A stretch of 64,000 nt of DNA, taken from Nostoc sp. GTDB taxonomy: Bacteria > Cyanobacteriota > Cyanobacteriia > Cyanobacteriales > Nostocaceae. This document shows, in pieces, positions 34,532-44,028 of this stretch. The stretch's first letter is position 1, and every line of letters begins with the position of its first letter. A model generated the notes under the pieces. That model saw only the letters and a program-made list of their open reading frames with translations. It ran no database searches and had not been told where the DNA came from. The stretch lies in the NCBI GenBank assembly GCA_036918135.1, contig JBALDB010000038.1:64001-128000 (forward strand), written 5' to 3'. Made by a program: the position numbers and the translations under genes.

Positions 34532-36046
34532 ATGAATTTATTTGAGCTTTTAGCAGGAGAAGACAATCATTTAGCCCTAGTTACCCCTGAAGGGCGATCG
34601 CTAACCTACAAGCAATTGCGCGAAAATGTTACTGAGCTGGTATCTCAACTCCACAGCTTTGGATTGCAAAAGAGCGATCGCATTGCCATTGCCATGACTA
34701 ATGGTTCACCAATGGCAATTACCTTTTTGGCTGCTGCTTTGTGTGGCATCGCTGCACCCTTGAATCCCAAATATAAGCAAGAAGAATTTGCCTTCTACTA
34801 CGCAGATACCCAGGCAAAAGCATTGATTACGCTGTCTGAGGAACCAGAAGCAGCCATTACCGCCCTCACACCTGATATGATGCTGATTAATGCCAATGTC
34901 AACACTGACGGCATATTGAGCTTTGAACTGAGCATAGAGCATAGAGAATTCGGTATTGGTTATTCTCCTGATCTCTCCACCTCCCCACCTTCCTCTGACG
35001 ATATAGCGATGATTCTCCACACCAGCGGCACCACCAGTCGTCCCAAGCGTGTGCCAATTCGCCATCGTAACCTAATTGCCTCTGCCAACAACATCATTGG
35101 TGCTTACTCACTCACCCCTGCTGACACCACACTTTGCTTAATGCCCCTATTTCACGTTCATGGTTTGGTGGGCTGTTTGTTGGCAACTCTGGGTTCTGGC
35201 GGTACACTGGTTTGTCCCAATGGTTTTAATGCCCTAGAGTTTTGGAAATTAGTAGATACTTACAAACCTACTTGGTACTCTGCAGCACCAACGATGCACC
35301 AGACAATATTGGCACGCGCTAGCCGTAATACAGAAATTGTCCAAGCGAATCGCTTCCGTTTTATTCGCTCTAGTAGTGCTTCTTTGCCCCCAATCATCAT
35401 CGAACAACTGGAGGCAACTCTCAATGCTCCTATAGTGGAATCTTACAGTATGACTGAAGCATCCCACTTAATGACTACTAACCCCCTACCGCCAAAAGTC
35501 CGCAAACCGGGTACTGTTGGTTATGGCTTCGGCGTAGAAGTCGGCATTATGGACTCGGAAGGTAACCTGTTACCCCAAGGAAGTTTGGGTGAGGTGGTAG
35601 TAAAAGCACCAAATGTCATTGACGGCTACGAAAATAACCCAGAAGCCAACGCCACTGCTTTTATAAATGGTTGGTTTCGCACAGGAGACCAAGGCACACT
35701 CGATGAAGATGGCTATCTTTGCCTAACTGGACGGATAAAAGAATTGATTAACCGAGGCGGGGAAAAAATTTCTCCCTTAGAAGTAGATGATATTTTGCTG
35801 CGCCATTCCGCTGTCGCTGAAGCTTTAGCCTTTGCTGTCCCCCACAAATCTTTAGGAGAAGACATTCATGCAGCTGTTGTCCTCAAAGCAGAAGCTAGCG
35901 AAAAAGAACTTTTAGCTCACTGTTCAACTATGCTGGCAAACTTCAAAGTCCCTAAGCAAATTCATATTTTAGAGCAACTACCCCGTGGTGCGACTGGGAA
36001 ATTGCAACGGTTGGCGATGGCGAAGTTACTTGAGATAGGTGAGTAA
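34532..36046 (+). CDS. Acyl-CoA ligase, probably oxalate-CoA ligase-like (AAE3/Pcs60 type)
   Basis: LHTSGTTSRPKRV, PLFHVHGL, RFIRSSSASL, YSMTEASH, GWFRTGD, INRGGEKISP. Confidence 0.8.
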   Translation: MNLFELLAGEDNHLALVTPEGRSLTYKQLRENVTELVSQLHSFGLQKSDRIAIAMTNGSPMAITFLAAALCGIAAPLNPKYKQEEFAFYYADTQAKALITLSEEPEAAITALTPDMMLINANVNTDGILSFELSIEHREFGIGYSPDLSTSPPSSDDIAMILHTSGTTSRPKRVPIRHRNLIASANNIIGAYSLTPADTTLCLMPLFHVHGLVGCLLATLGSGGTLVCPNGFNALEFWKLVDTYKPTWYSAAPTMHQTILARASRNTEIVQANRFRFIRSSSASLPPIIIEQLEATLNAPIVESYSMTEASHLMTTNPLPPKVRKPGTVGYGFGVEVGIMDSEGNLLPQGSLGEVVVKAPNVIDGYENNPEANATAFINGWFRTGDQGTLDEDGYLCLTGRIKELINRGGEKISPLEVDDILLRHSAVAEALAFAVPHKSLGEDIHAAVVLKAEASEKELLAHCSTMLANFKVPKQIHILEQLPRGATGKLQRLAMAKLLEIGE

Positions 36047-36096
36047 GCAGTGGAGGATGAGGGAGATTGATGCGATCCAAAAGCCTAAGCTACCTA

Positions 36097-39000
36097 TTAG
36101 GGAACAGAGGGAAGCTGAAGTTCAATTCCTAATTTGCTTCCTAAATCTAGAGCGTTATTGGTAAAATCAGTAATTCCGGCAATAGGAGTGGCAATCATTG
36201 TACCAACTGCCGCCAAAGCGAGTAGACGCTTTTTCAAACGAGTTCCGTTACGTTGATTTTCAGGCTTGTTAATTTCTTGCTCTACATCATCAATGTCAAC
36301 AATTATTTCCTCTTGAATGTTTTTTGGAAATTGTGCGGCTGTTTGACGCATAGTTGCGATAATTTGCAGAAGTTCAGCAGTGCTGGCACCACTGGTTTGG
36401 TTAAAGTTAGATGCTGTGATTTGAGCATTATCTTTCGCTTGATTAACAAAATTAGCGATGTTTGCACCTTGATTATTATTTGTAATATCATTCACAGGTC
36501 TATAATCTCCTTGATTATTAGTGTTGTATATATTGTTAACTATCTGTAGCTTCTCATTCAATTCAAATTCTCTTTCTAGCGTCTCTATATCGGCTGAATC
36601 ACCATCTCTCCTTCGGCGTTTTTGTCGCATTTCCATTGGTTCATAACCATCCAGAAGTTGACGCAAATTGACCTTGATTCGCAGTTTACCAATGGGATAT
36701 TCTATTTCTCCCATTGCTTCTAACCCAAGCAGTTCTTGATAGTCGAGGGGTGGGTGGTCGGGATAGCCGGGAACAGGAACCCACTCACTGATTTCAGGTT
36801 TACTGAAAGTGTTGTGAATTTTGTTGAATATATCACGAATCATTAACAGAAATGAGCGCCGCGTAGCTTCACGACCGTCAATGGAGATGAAAATTTTCTT
36901 ATCTTCAGTATCAGCTTTGATGCAAGCAACGTTGTAGGTTTCTTTGCTTTCAACATATGCCAGCATTACGCCACTGCGCCAGTAGATTTGATTGTGAATT
37001 TTTTCGTGGGCGAGAACGATGAAGCGAGACATGATGCTTTCTGGCAAAACGCGATAGTGATATTGGAATTCTAAAGTGTTGCCTGTAAGATTCGTGTCGC
37101 TGGGTTCATCTTTGGGTAAGAGTCCAGGAATTAGAAATTTTGGTTTAGGGCAGTCGGGAAGCTGAAAGCAAATCTGAAATTCTTTCATCAACTCAGTCAG
37201 GAAGCAGTGACGCTTTTCAGGGTAGCGTTTTAGGTCAAGAATACGGTTGGTGTCGTCGTAGGTGATGATGCCTTTAGTTTTAGTTTTTAGTATTTCATCA
37301 CTGAGTAAAGCGTAAATACCTTCAGTAACCCAATCGGGGTTAAGGACGTTGGTGGATTGAAGGATGGGGTGGTCGTGGAAGTGAAGCACCAAGCCAAGCC
37401 GATGTAGCAGGTCAATGAGTTGTTCTTGATTGCGTTCTTCAGAAATATTTTTCCCTTGACAAATAGAAGTATATTGGACGTAACTAATGAAATCCTCATT
37501 CATCTTTTCGAGGGATTCTTTAACATCAAACCACGAAAGAGGCAGCAAATCGTATACCTCCTTCATTTCTCCAACTTCGTGGGTAATAGCTTTGCGGAGT
37601 TCATCAATACCTTCATTGTTTTCGCAGGAGGTTTCGATGATGGCTTTGATATTAGGATATTTTTCGCGTAATGCTTTAGTGTTGATGTCTAAAGATTCTT
37701 CATCTTTTTTGTTTCCCACAATAATTACAGGCGACTGACCGCCGAAGGTTTCAATCAGTTTCAGCCAGTATTCAAGGCGGTTTTCCTCTTCACTAGTACG
37801 ACAATTACAAACCAAAAGATAGAGACTTCGTTTGGTGAGAAAGAACTGGTGAGTGGCGTGGTAGACTTCCTGTCCGCCAAAATCCCAAACGTTAAGGCGT
37901 ACATCTTTACTGTTAACATGGATAGGCCAGTTGGTAACACCGAGACCATCGGTTTTAGACTGATTGGGATTGAAGGTGTTATGAATCAGACGATTAACTA
38001 AAGAGGTCTTACCAACACTACCTTGACCAACTAATAACAACTTCGCTTCGTTCAAAGGGCGAACTTCATTGCTACGAAGTTGGCGACAATAGTTAAAGAT
38101 TTCTTGGATAGAACCAGGTTCTCGATCAAAGTCCGGCGAACCTAGAATTTCTGGGGAAACAGGTAGAGGATTTCCCCGCAGGTCTATTTTTTGAAGATTT
38201 GGTAATTTTTCCAGATATTCTGGAATTTCAGTTATTTGGTTCTCATAGAGGTAAAGCTTGGTCAGATTGCTTAATTTTCCTATCCATTCTGGAATTTCGG
38301 TTATTTGGTTATTATTCAAGTAAAGCCACGTCAGATTGCTTAATTTTCCTATCCATTCTGGAATTTCGGTTATTTGGTTATTGAAGAAGGAAAGCTCGGT
38401 CAGATTGCTTAATTTTCCTATCGATTCTGGAATTTTGGTTATTTGGCTATTACTGAAGTAAAGCTTAGTTAGATTGGTTAATTTTCCTATCGATTCTGGA
38501 ATTTTGGTTATTTGGCTATTACCAAGGTAAAGCTCGGTCAGATTGTTTAATTTTCCTATCGATTCTGGAATTTCGGTTATTTGGTTATTGAAGAGGTAAA
38601 GCTCGGACAGATTGTTTAATTTTCCTATCGATTCTGGAATTTCGGTTATTTGGTTTTCGTAGAGGTAAAGCTCGGTCAGATTGCTTAATTTTCCTATCCA
38701 TTCTGGAATTTCGGTTATTTGGTTATCACCGAAGGAAAGCTTGGTCAGATTGCTTAATTTTCCTATCCATTCTGGAATTTCGGTTATTTGGTTTTCGTAG
38801 AGGTAAAGCTTGGTCAGATTGCTTAATTTTCCTATCGATTCTGGAATTTCGGTTATTTGGTTATTACTGAGGTAAAGCTCGATCAGATTGCTTAATTGTC
38901 CTATTGATTCTGGAATTTCGATTATTTGGTTATTAGCGAGGTTAAGCTCGGTCAGATTGCTTAATTTTCCTATTGATTCTGGAATTTCGATTATTTGGTT

Positions 39001-39483
39001 ATTGAAGAGGTAAAGCTCGGTCAGATTGCTTAATTGTCCTATTGATTCTGGAATTTCGATTATTTGGTTATTAGCGAGGTTAAGCTCGGTCAGATTGCTT
39101 AATTGTCCTATTGATTCTGGAATTTCGATTATTTGGTTATTAGCGAGTTTAAGCTCGGTCAGATTGCTTAATTGTCCTATTGATTCTGGAATTTCGATTA
39201 TTTGGTTATTAGCGAGTTTAAGCTCGGTCAGATTGCTTAATTTTCCTATTGATTCTGGAATTTCGGTTATTTGATTATTAGCGAGGTAAAGCTTGGTCAG
39301 ATTGCTTAATTGTCCTATCCATTCTGGAATTTCGGTTATTTGGTTTTCGTAGAAAGAAAGCAGGGTAAGATTGCTTAATTGTCGTATTTCTGGTGGCAGT
39401 TCTGTTAAACCTTCGCCCGATAGGTCTAGCTCTTTCCAACCCTCATCCAATGCCTGATTAATCAGACGCAATACATCTTCCAT
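36097..39483 (-). CDS. LRR-Roc-COR (ROCO) protein
   Basis: About 18 23-aa LRRs, Roc P-loop GQGSVGKTS, WDFGGQEVYHATHQFF, GNKKD, COR domain, helical C-terminal tail. Confidence 0.93.
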   Translation of the reverse strand: MEDVLRLINQALDEGWKELDLSGEGLTELPPEIRQLSNLTLLSFYENQITEIPEWIGQLSNLTKLYLANNQITEIPESIGKLSNLTELKLANNQIIEIPESIGQLSNLTELKLANNQIIEIPESIGQLSNLTELNLANNQIIEIPESIGQLSNLTELYLFNNQIIEIPESIGKLSNLTELNLANNQIIEIPESIGQLSNLIELYLSNNQITEIPESIGKLSNLTKLYLYENQITEIPEWIGKLSNLTKLSFGDNQITEIPEWIGKLSNLTELYLYENQITEIPESIGKLNNLSELYLFNNQITEIPESIGKLNNLTELYLGNSQITKIPESIGKLTNLTKLYFSNSQITKIPESIGKLSNLTELSFFNNQITEIPEWIGKLSNLTWLYLNNNQITEIPEWIGKLSNLTKLYLYENQITEIPEYLEKLPNLQKIDLRGNPLPVSPEILGSPDFDREPGSIQEIFNYCRQLRSNEVRPLNEAKLLLVGQGSVGKTSLVNRLIHNTFNPNQSKTDGLGVTNWPIHVNSKDVRLNVWDFGGQEVYHATHQFFLTKRSLYLLVCNCRTSEEENRLEYWLKLIETFGGQSPVIIVGNKKDEESLDINTKALREKYPNIKAIIETSCENNEGIDELRKAITHEVGEMKEVYDLLPLSWFDVKESLEKMNEDFISYVQYTSICQGKNISEERNQEQLIDLLHRLGLVLHFHDHPILQSTNVLNPDWVTEGIYALLSDEILKTKTKGIITYDDTNRILDLKRYPEKRHCFLTELMKEFQICFQLPDCPKPKFLIPGLLPKDEPSDTNLTGNTLEFQYHYRVLPESIMSRFIVLAHEKIHNQIYWRSGVMLAYVESKETYNVACIKADTEDKKIFISIDGREATRRSFLLMIRDIFNKIHNTFSKPEISEWVPVPGYPDHPPLDYQELLGLEAMGEIEYPIGKLRIKVNLRQLLDGYEPMEMRQKRRRRDGDSADIETLEREFELNEKLQIVNNIYNTNNQGDYRPVNDITNNNQGANIANFVNQAKDNAQITASNFNQTSGASTAELLQIIATMRQTAAQFPKNIQEEIIVDIDDVEQEINKPENQRNGTRLKKRLLALAAVGTMIATPIAGITDFTNNALDLGSKLGIELQLPSVP
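38167..39408 (-). repeat. 69-bp LRR-encoding tandem repeats
   Basis: Near-identical units encoding ITEIPE(S/W)IG(K/Q)LSNLTxLxLxxNQ. Confidence 0.92.
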
Positions 39484-39596
39484 TAGACTCGCCCAGAATA
39501 CAATCTAAGTATAACGCCGATAAGTTGAGCCTTTGAGGCTAACATTTGAGTCTTTGAAGTCAAAAGTTAAACCAATGACAAATTACAAATAACAAA

Positions 39597-40577
39597 ATGA
39601 AAATCTGTATTGTTGGCGCAGGTGCAATCGGTGGATATTTAGGAGCCAAATTAGCACTAGCTGGTGAAACAGTGACGCTGATTGCTCGTGGTTCTCATTT
39701 AGAAGTAATTAAAAAAAATGGGCTGAAATTAGTCATGGCGGACGGTTCTAACCAAGTAGCTCATCCGGCTTTGGCAACTAGTAATATCCAGGAAGCAGGA
39801 CAACAAGATGTAGTAATTTTAACTGTTAAGGCTCACAGTGTTCCGGCGATCGCCCCCTCCCTCTCCACACTCTACAATCCCCACACAACAGTTATCACAG
39901 CCCAAAATGGTATTCCTTGGTGGTACTTTCGCAAGCATGGCGGCGAGTATGAAGGTACGCGCATTCAATCTGTCGATCCAGAGGGCATCGTTGAAGCTGG
40001 TATCGGTGTTGACCGCGCTATTGGTTGTGTTGTTTACCCGGCAACTGAGATAATTGAACCAGGTGTAATAAAGCATATTGAAGGCGATCGCTTTACTCTT
40101 GGTGAAATTGATGGCAGTAAAAGCGATCGCATCCAATTATTAGCCCAAACTCTCAAACAAGCAGGATTCAAAGCTCCAATCCGCAATCAAATTCGCACGG
40201 AAATCTGGATCAAATTGTGGGGCAATGTGGCTTTTAATCCCATCAGTGCCCTAACTGGTGCGACTTTAGAGGATATTTGCCGCTATCCCCTCACCCGCGA
40301 ACTAGCGCGGCAAATGATGACTGAAGCGCAGGCGATCGCTGAAAATTTGGGTATAAAATTTGGCATTACTTTAGAACAGCGAATTAATGGGGCTGAAAAT
40401 GTCGGTGCCCACAAAACTTCTATGCTACAAGATATTGAAGCCGGACGCTCTACAGAAATAGATGCTATTGTCGGGGCAGTGGCAGAATTGGGTAAACTCA
40501 CTCAAATTCCCACACCCCATATTGATGCTATCTACGCCAGCGTTAAGCTGCTGGAAGCCACTAAACAAAAGATTTAA
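39597..40577 (+). CDS. Ketopantoate reductase family protein, PanE2/oxalyl-CoA reductase-like
   Basis: VGAGAIGG, AQNGIPWWYF, IGCVVYPA, WIKLWGNVAFNP, HKTSMLQD. Confidence 0.8.
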   Translation: MKICIVGAGAIGGYLGAKLALAGETVTLIARGSHLEVIKKNGLKLVMADGSNQVAHPALATSNIQEAGQQDVVILTVKAHSVPAIAPSLSTLYNPHTTVITAQNGIPWWYFRKHGGEYEGTRIQSVDPEGIVEAGIGVDRAIGCVVYPATEIIEPGVIKHIEGDRFTLGEIDGSKSDRIQLLAQTLKQAGFKAPIRNQIRTEIWIKLWGNVAFNPISALTGATLEDICRYPLTRELARQMMTEAQAIAENLGIKFGITLEQRINGAENVGAHKTSMLQDIEAGRSTEIDAIVGAVAELGKLTQIPTPHIDAIYASVKLLEATKQKI

Positions 40578-40587
40578 CGATTACGAA

Positions 40588-43500
40588 TTATATTGACTGT
40601 TTTCGCCAGTTGTGCTTTAAAAACTTTGTCTGCAACGATTCCATGTAGGTGTAGAAAACGGGGGTTAAATAAAGTGTCAAGAACTGCGAGAACAGTAACC
40701 CGCCAACTACTGCCAAACCAAGGGGACGGCGTGTATCTGCTCCGGCTCCCAAACCAAGGGCGATGGGTAATGTGCCCATCAGCGCTGCCATTGTAGTCAT
40801 CATGATTGGGCGGAACCTCACCAAACAGGCTTGATAAATCGCATCATAAGGAGTTTTGCCATTTTGACGGGCTTCAATTGCAAAGTCAACCATCATAATC
40901 CCGTTTTTCTTGACAATGCCAACCAGCAAAATGATGCCCACGAAGGCGTAAATATTCAAGTCAACTTGAAATAGCAACAAAGTCAGCAGTGCCCCAAATC
41001 CAGCCGAGGGTAGGCTAGAAAGAATAGTCAGCGGGTGAATGAAGTTCTCGTAGAGAATTCCCAACACGATATAAATTACCAAAATGGCAACCAGGAGTAA
41101 TATTCCTAAACCTTGAATTGAAGACTGGAAAGCTTGCGCTGAACCCCGAAAGCCTGTACTAATGGTAGCTGGTAGCGTTTCACGAGCAAGTTGTTCAATT
41201 TTTCCAGTGACATTACCTAGTGAGATTCCTGGTTTGAGATTAAAAGAAAAGGTGACGGAGGCTAGCTGCCCTTGATGGTTAATGGTCAGCGGCCCCACAT
41301 CTTTGGTCAAAGTGGCTACAGCGTTGAGAGGTACAAGTTGTCCACTGGGGGCGCGAACTGAGAGCAAATCTAGACCGCTGGAATTTTGCTGATATCTTGG
41401 TTCCACGCCCATAATCACTTGATACTGGCTATCAGAGGCGTAGATGGTGGAAACTTGGCGAGTACCATAGGCATTACTCAGAGCAGTTTCGATTTGATTG
41501 GCAGTCAAACCGAGAGATGAAGCTTGGTCGCGGTTGATATTTACTTCAACTTGAGGATTTTTAATTTGTAGGTCACTGTTGACATCTTGCAAATCTGACA
41601 GGGTACGGAGTTTATTTTCTAGAAGTGGGGCGTACTGGTAAAGCTCTTGAATATTGGGACTTTGGAGAGTGAATTGATACTGGGCTTTTGTCTGTTGTCC
41701 GCCGATATTAATGGCGGGGGGGTTTTGCAAGAACACCTTGATTCCAGGCACACTTGATAACTTGGGTCGAAGTTTCTCGACTATTTGATCGGCACTGAGA
41801 TGGCGCTCATGGGTAGGCTTGAGTTCGATTAAAAGTCGTCCACTGTTTGCAGAACCATTTGGGCCACCAGCCCCGACACTGGAGTTGATGGAATCGACAT
41901 TCGGATCGTGATAAGCGATCGCAGCTACAGCCTGTTGATGCTTTACCATTTCATCAAAGGAGATATCCTCTGATGCTTGAGTGGTTGCAGTAATTTGTCC
42001 AACATCAGCGTTGGGAACAAATCCCTTTGGCACAACCGTAAATAAATACACCGTTGCTAAAAGAATCGCTCCGGAAATCACCATCGTTGTTCGGTGATAC
42101 TTCAGCGATTTCTTCAAACTCCAATCGTATCCCCGCAACAACGAATTAAAGAAGCTTTCCGAAATATTATACAAACGAGTCTGAAAATTTTGGATTTTAG
42201 ATTTTCGATTTGGGATTTGGGCATCGGGCATTTCTACCCCTGCCTCCCCTGCCTCCCCTACTTCCTGACTCTCTCCCTGATGATGAGGTGGACGCAAGAA
42301 TCTGGAACACAGCATTGGGGTTAAGCTCAGGGAAATTACGCCAGAAACCAAGATGGCAACGCTGATGGTAATAGCAAACTCACGGAACAGTCGCCCCAGA
42401 ATGCCTTCCATGAACAGTACGGGGATAAATACTGCTACCAAGGAAATGGTCATAGATAAAATTGTAAAACCAATTTCTCTAGAACCATTTAGAGATGCTT
42501 CTAAGCGGCTCTCACCCATCTCCATGTGGCGGACAATATTTTCTAGCATGACTACGGCATCATCCACCACGAAACCCACTGATAAAGTTAATGCCATCAG
42601 CGAGAGATTATCGAGTGAAAAGCCCAGCACTAACATCACTGCAAAGGTCGCTACGATTGATAGCGGTACTGCCAGACTGGGAATGACTGTAGCCGAGATG
42701 TTGCGAAGAAACAGAAAGATTACCAGTACTACCAAAGCGATGGTGAGCAACAGCGTGAATTGTACATCATCTACCGATTCGCGAATTGATTGGGAGCGAT
42801 CGTAGAGAATATTCATGTTCACAGCTGCCGGAATCTCTTTTTGGAAGTTAGGCAGCAGTTTTTTAATTGCATCCACCACTTGGACAGTATTAGTTCCCGG
42901 TTGGCGCTGAATAGCCAGAACGATCGCCCGCACGCCAGAATTTTGGATTTGGGATTTTTGATTTGGGATTGAGGTCTTCTCCGCTGCTTTTGCTGCTGTT
43001 TGGCTCCCCTGCTCCCTATTTCCCTTCTTCGTAGGAAAATACCAACTGGCAATCTTGTCATTTTCCACGCTGTCTAGCACTTGACCGAGTTCACCTAACT
43101 GCACAGGTGCGCCGTTTTGATAAGCTACAGTTAAAGAGCGATAACTAGCGGCATCGTTGAGTTGACCGTTTGCTTGAATTGTATAATTCTGCTGTTGCCC
43201 GTAAAGCGTGCCCGTTGGTAAGTTGACATTGCCGTTAGCGATCGCATCAGCCACTTCATCGATTCCTATGCCTTTAACACTCAATGATTCTGGGTCAAGC
43301 TGAACCCGTACAGCATACTTTTGCGAGCCGTACACCTGTACTTGCGCTACCCCATCCACCATCGATAGACGTTGTGCCAACAGCGTTTCGGCATACTTAT
43401 CTACAGTTGACAGTGGCAAAATAGATGAATTTAAAGAGATATAGAGGACTGGTTGATCTGCTGGATTTACCTTGCGGAAAGAAGGAGGACTGGGCATATT

Positions 43501-43863
43501 AGTCGGCAACTGCCTCGCTGCTTTAGAAATAGCAGACTGTACATCTTGTGCTGCCCCGTCAATATCCCGATTCAGGTCAAATTGCAGCGTAATTTGGGCA
43601 CTACCTAAAGAGCTGGTAGAGTTCATTGAACTCAATCCGGCTATGCTAGAAAATTGCTCCTCTAAAGGAGTTGCAACCGAAGAAGCCATCGTTTCTGGAC
43701 TGGCTCCGGGCAAACTAGCCGTTACCTGGAGCGTTGGATAATCCACATTGGGCAAGTCACTAACAGGTAACTGTTGGTAACTCATCAGCCCAAATATTAA
43801 GATGCCAATCATCACTAGGGTTGTCATGATTGGACGGCGGATGAATAGCTGGGAAATGTTCAT
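40588..43863 (-). CDS. RND efflux permease (MdtB/MdtC-like)
   Basis: FIRRPIMT, DLPNVDYPT, GFVVDDAVVMLENI, GIVKKNGIMMVDFA, RFRPIMMTT. Confidence 0.93.
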   Translation of the reverse strand: MNISQLFIRRPIMTTLVMIGILIFGLMSYQQLPVSDLPNVDYPTLQVTASLPGASPETMASSVATPLEEQFSSIAGLSSMNSTSSLGSAQITLQFDLNRDIDGAAQDVQSAISKAARQLPTNMPSPPSFRKVNPADQPVLYISLNSSILPLSTVDKYAETLLAQRLSMVDGVAQVQVYGSQKYAVRVQLDPESLSVKGIGIDEVADAIANGNVNLPTGTLYGQQQNYTIQANGQLNDAASYRSLTVAYQNGAPVQLGELGQVLDSVENDKIASWYFPTKKGNREQGSQTAAKAAEKTSIPNQKSQIQNSGVRAIVLAIQRQPGTNTVQVVDAIKKLLPNFQKEIPAAVNMNILYDRSQSIRESVDDVQFTLLLTIALVVLVIFLFLRNISATVIPSLAVPLSIVATFAVMLVLGFSLDNLSLMALTLSVGFVVDDAVVMLENIVRHMEMGESRLEASLNGSREIGFTILSMTISLVAVFIPVLFMEGILGRLFREFAITISVAILVSGVISLSLTPMLCSRFLRPPHHQGESQEVGEAGEAGVEMPDAQIPNRKSKIQNFQTRLYNISESFFNSLLRGYDWSLKKSLKYHRTTMVISGAILLATVYLFTVVPKGFVPNADVGQITATTQASEDISFDEMVKHQQAVAAIAYHDPNVDSINSSVGAGGPNGSANSGRLLIELKPTHERHLSADQIVEKLRPKLSSVPGIKVFLQNPPAINIGGQQTKAQYQFTLQSPNIQELYQYAPLLENKLRTLSDLQDVNSDLQIKNPQVEVNINRDQASSLGLTANQIETALSNAYGTRQVSTIYASDSQYQVIMGVEPRYQQNSSGLDLLSVRAPSGQLVPLNAVATLTKDVGPLTINHQGQLASVTFSFNLKPGISLGNVTGKIEQLARETLPATISTGFRGSAQAFQSSIQGLGILLLVAILVIYIVLGILYENFIHPLTILSSLPSAGFGALLTLLLFQVDLNIYAFVGIILLVGIVKKNGIMMVDFAIEARQNGKTPYDAIYQACLVRFRPIMMTTMAALMGTLPIALGLGAGADTRRPLGLAVVGGLLFSQFLTLYLTPVFYTYMESLQTKFLKHNWRKQSI

Positions 43864-44028
43864 TTTAGTAGAGAGTGGGGAGTGTTGACTGTTGACTGTT
43901 GACTACACTTCTTGCAAAAGTCCTTGTTTACGTTCTCTTCTGTGCGCCTCTGTCTTGAAAAGTTTGTAGACGCTTGTGCGTGAGACAATAAAATATTTAT
44001 GCAAGAGGTCTACTGTTGAAGTGAGAAG

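Noticed and set aside
38167..39408. CRISPR or DGR template-like repeats
   Set aside because: In-frame LRR codons; variation is not limited to adenines and no reverse transcriptase is present
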